Below, piece after piece: positions 60,674 through 64,000 of a stretch of DNA of 64,000 nucleotides. The translations under genes were made by a program, and so were the position numbers. Within the stretch, counting starts at the first letter, position 1; every line of letters begins with the position of its first letter. The stretch spans positions 26,412,001-26,476,000 of the forward strand of contig NC_059438.1 in the NCBI RefSeq assembly GCF_021028975.2. Reading direction: 5' to 3'. The notes under the pieces are model-generated. The model ran no database searches. It was given only the letters and a program-made list of their open reading frames with translations, and was not told the DNA's origin. This DNA is from Sphaerodactylus townsendi (taxonomy: Eukaryota).

Positions 60674-62524
60674 CTTAAGGCTGACCTTTAATTGATAAAT
60701 TTGGGGGCCAATTGAGAATCTTGTATTTCAAACTTTTCCAAACCTTGTTTTTCAAACTTTGCTCGAAATCTTCAAGGTGTATTCGGGACCTGCTTGCTAA
60801 GGTATCTGCAAGCAACTTTCCCCCTCCCCAGTGCAACAATCTCACATCAGTTCACATGGAATAAGTGTCTGTTTTATTTTTCATGCTTCTTGGGGCTACA
60901 AGACCTCCCTCTGTGGGCTCAAGCCAGAAGCAAAGCAGCAGCAGGAGAATATTTTTACAAAACCAGCAGCCTCGGCTGCATGACTAAAATAACAGTGGGT
61001 AGCTCTAGGAATTGCCATTTCCGGCAATTCCTAGAGCTACCCTATATCATTTTTGGGTTTTCTCCAGAAATGAGGTAGCACCATAGCCGATGTTCCACAC
61101 TCCTCCATCCCCTATTTACCCGCTTTCAACTATTCTGCCCTCTCCCAAGCTCATCCTGGAAACCTTATGTTAGCACTTATATGCACATCATCTTTGCTGA
61201 GCAACAGGCTGTATTTCAAGACCCTTTTGCATGATCCACAGAAGCAAATGCTAGTTTGTCATCCTAGAACCCCTTTACCACATCATCCTGTTCTACCTCC
61301 TCACACTTGGCCTCATCTACCTGCAAAGGATTCGTGACCCACTTTGGCTTCTAACCCACGGTTTAAGAAATCCTGGTTTAGAAGAACACCATAAGACAGA
61401 TGGAGGAAGATTCAAACAAGCGTCTGGCAATCCAGGTCACACTGGCTCACCAGTTCCAGCACAGCTCTGGTTATCAGATAGCAAACTGCCAGGGGTCATG
61501 AAAACAAATGAACCACTAGGGCTGATGTTAGTATTTTCATACTCTTACCTAATAACTGCAAATTATCATGCATATTCCACTCTATGTACAGTAAAAAGAT
61601 TAACATTTCTTAAATCAGGGTGACATTCTGGTTATTTTCTGATAGTCCACGGCGTCCCACCGCGAATCAAAATGAGAATCCCGGGTCCCTGTCTTCCCGG
61701 TGACGATCCTTTTTGAAAAATTGTGTGAACCAAGATTAGGGCTGTTCAGAAATCAAGTAACTAAATGCAGTAAATCTGTGTTTGTTTCTCACTCATTTTT
61801 AATGAAAGCAGATGTCTTTTTCTAAGCTGGACTTCCTGCTGAACAGGTATTCCATTTCTCCAGCACATGCAAGCCACAAAGTTTTACTGCTAGGAAAATA
61901 GCAAAGAGATTTAATCCAAGAGACGCATCTACCTTTGGAGTGCGGTGTAGAATGTGATCATATTAATATCCATGGCATCGATTGAACAATTCCTGGAGTC
62001 ACTTGAAAACTACCACTAGAAGATGGAAAGGCCTCTCAGTGGTCAGGGAATTGCTTGTCAGTATTTTAGCGCTGTCTCATATCTTCATGTCTCTTCCTGT
62101 CTTTGGCAGATATGGAGAGAGGTGCCAGACGAACTCACTATCGATATTAGAGAGAGCGAACAAAATGTGTCTATTGGTTTAAAGTGCACTTCATCCTGTT
62201 CTGTCGTTTAAGAAAAAAGCAGCAATATATAGTAATATCAAAACATAAAATCACAATATTAAAGGAGAAAATGAAACAAAGCAAATGTAGTCCACTTAAT
62301 CCTCAGGCTTACCCACCTGTCTATCATATTGTTTTGTTTGTTTATACCCCATGTTTCATCCTGTTAGGGATCACAAGTGGCTTAAACATCTATCCTCCAG
62401 TCCTCCATTTTATCTTTTGCAAAATTCCAGAGAGGACTTCCAAAGTCAACCAGGGTGGTCAACCTCCAAGTGTGGCTTCGAATCACAACAAATCTCCAGA
62501 CCACATAAGCCAGTTCCCCTAGAG

Positions 62525-62681
62525 CAGGGGTAGGGAACCTGCGGCTCTCCAGATGTTCAGGAACTACAATTCCCCATCCCTGCCCCTAGCTGTGAGGCTT
62601 AACCAATTGGCCCGTGCTGGCAGGGGCTGATGGGAATTGTAGTTCCTGAACATCTGGAGAGCCGCAGGTTCCCTACCCCTG
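62525..62681. mobile_element. Palindromic hAT MITE nested in an older element
   Basis: Same termini as 35633; perfect TSD ccctagag; interrupts cagttcccctagag|aaaatggctgctttgg of the TAGGGTTGCCA family. Confidence 0.93.
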
Positions 62682-63829
62682 CCCTAGAGAAAATGGCTGC
62701 TTTGGGGTATGGTCCTCCCCCTCCCCAAATCTCCCCCTCCTCAGGTGCCAGCGCGCACACACACCCTCCAATTTTCAGGACTTTCCAAAACTGGAGTTGA
62801 CAATCCTATGCAACAAAAGTTCATGACAGAGTATGGATTCCACCCAGGCGTGCTATTTACTTCCCCAAGTTGAGGAATTACCTGCCCCCATGTCCAATTT
62901 TCCATCCCCAAGGAATTGAGGAGCAGGAACAAAACTTGTTTCCTCATAGTGATCTTCTAGAAATTTACCCTAATCTCATTGGTAAGGATCATTAAGACTA
63001 GGGGAGGCAGCCTAGAAGTAATACCACACCCTCCCCAAACTCCCACCTCCAAAATATCCTGACATTTGCCAAGACAATGTTGGGAACCCTAATTCAAACA
63101 TGGGTCTCCTAGTTCCTAGTCCATCACTGACAATTCCACCACACCAGCCTAGACCTTAGTTCTACCTGTTAAGGAAGTGGATGGATTTTTTTAGGATCAC
63201 GAAAATTTCTAAAAGGACATCCTATAGCTGGAAAAGATGCAGGAAAGGCTATAATACAGTTGACCAACAAGCAGGAGTCAAAAAGGAAAGACGAGTTTGG
63301 AACTTTAGGTTTAGGCGGGAAAATGATTGAGGGTAAACTGATAGAAATTATACATGGTATGGAGAAGAGAAAGAGAAAGCAATTTTGCCCCTGATCATGT
63401 AGTACTAAAATTTGGTGAAACTGTCTGTAGGGGCATCAAAAGAAAGTCCTTCACACAGACCATAATTAACATAGGGAAACGTGTTACCATGCAATTTGAC
63501 GAAGACAACTGGCCTAGGGCCAAATCCACACTCATATTCACAGTAGACCAATGTGGTAATGAGGTGGTAAAGTCTGGAAGGAGTCTGAATTGACTTTACC
63601 ACTGGACAGAAGATGGAGGAGTCACATTTTTGAGGTCCCTTATACTAAAACAAAACAAACCTCCCCTCTCTAAGCACAAAACTAGCATATCCTCTAGCTG
63701 CCCAAGACTCCTATTTGATTTAACTTATTTTGAGCCCCTGGCAGACTCTCCAAATGCCCTCCATGCACTAGTCAGCTCCATTATATATGCCCTGTGGATG
63801 CCTCACATATCCTCCAAAAATACTGGGAG

Positions 63830-63995
63830 ACTCTTATCAGCTGCCCTGCTGGTCACCCAGCAGACTTCATGTGTAGGTGCGGAGAAACAAACCTAGTTTA
63901 CCAGACTAGAGTCCACTGCTCATGTAGAGGAGCAGGGAATCAAACCCAGTTCTCCAGATTAGAGTCCACCTGCTCTTAACCACCATCACGCTGCC
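63830..63995 (-). mobile_element. Squam3-like SINE (5' part)
   Basis: ggtcacccagcag...ctccagattagagtccacctgctcttaaccac, matches the other copies. Confidence 0.8.
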
Positions 63996-64000
63996 GAACA

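Overview
Vertebrate genomic DNA, not prokaryotic. The repeat repertoire (Squam3-like CORE-SINEs, 5S/BovB-tail SINEs, Penelope, L2/CR1/RTE-X) points to a squamate, most likely a gecko. The only host gene is the 3' end of KCTD15 on the + strand: a 306-nt coding exon (3874-4179), a 13.2-kb intron and the terminal coding exon (17378-17533, ending ...IKQEPLD*). A candidate alternative terminal exon at 4679 encodes only Asp-Val-Leu-stop. The rest is intronic or intergenic, dense in SINEs, LINE fragments and hAT/Harbinger-type MITEs, many nested and with readable target-site duplications (TSDs). It also holds several repeat-free candidate enhancers, a degenerate tandem array next to a 146-N assembly gap, and Penelope-derived hammerhead-ribozyme relics. 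Almost all ORFs in the supplied track are spurious. I found no support for a new multi-gene system. The best leads are the DVL* short-isoform exon, the circRNA-prone architecture of the 306-nt exon, the hammerhead relics, and CpG/CCAAT-rich TIR elements. Repeat family names are from recall, not database searches. Boundaries of elements without TSDs are approximate.
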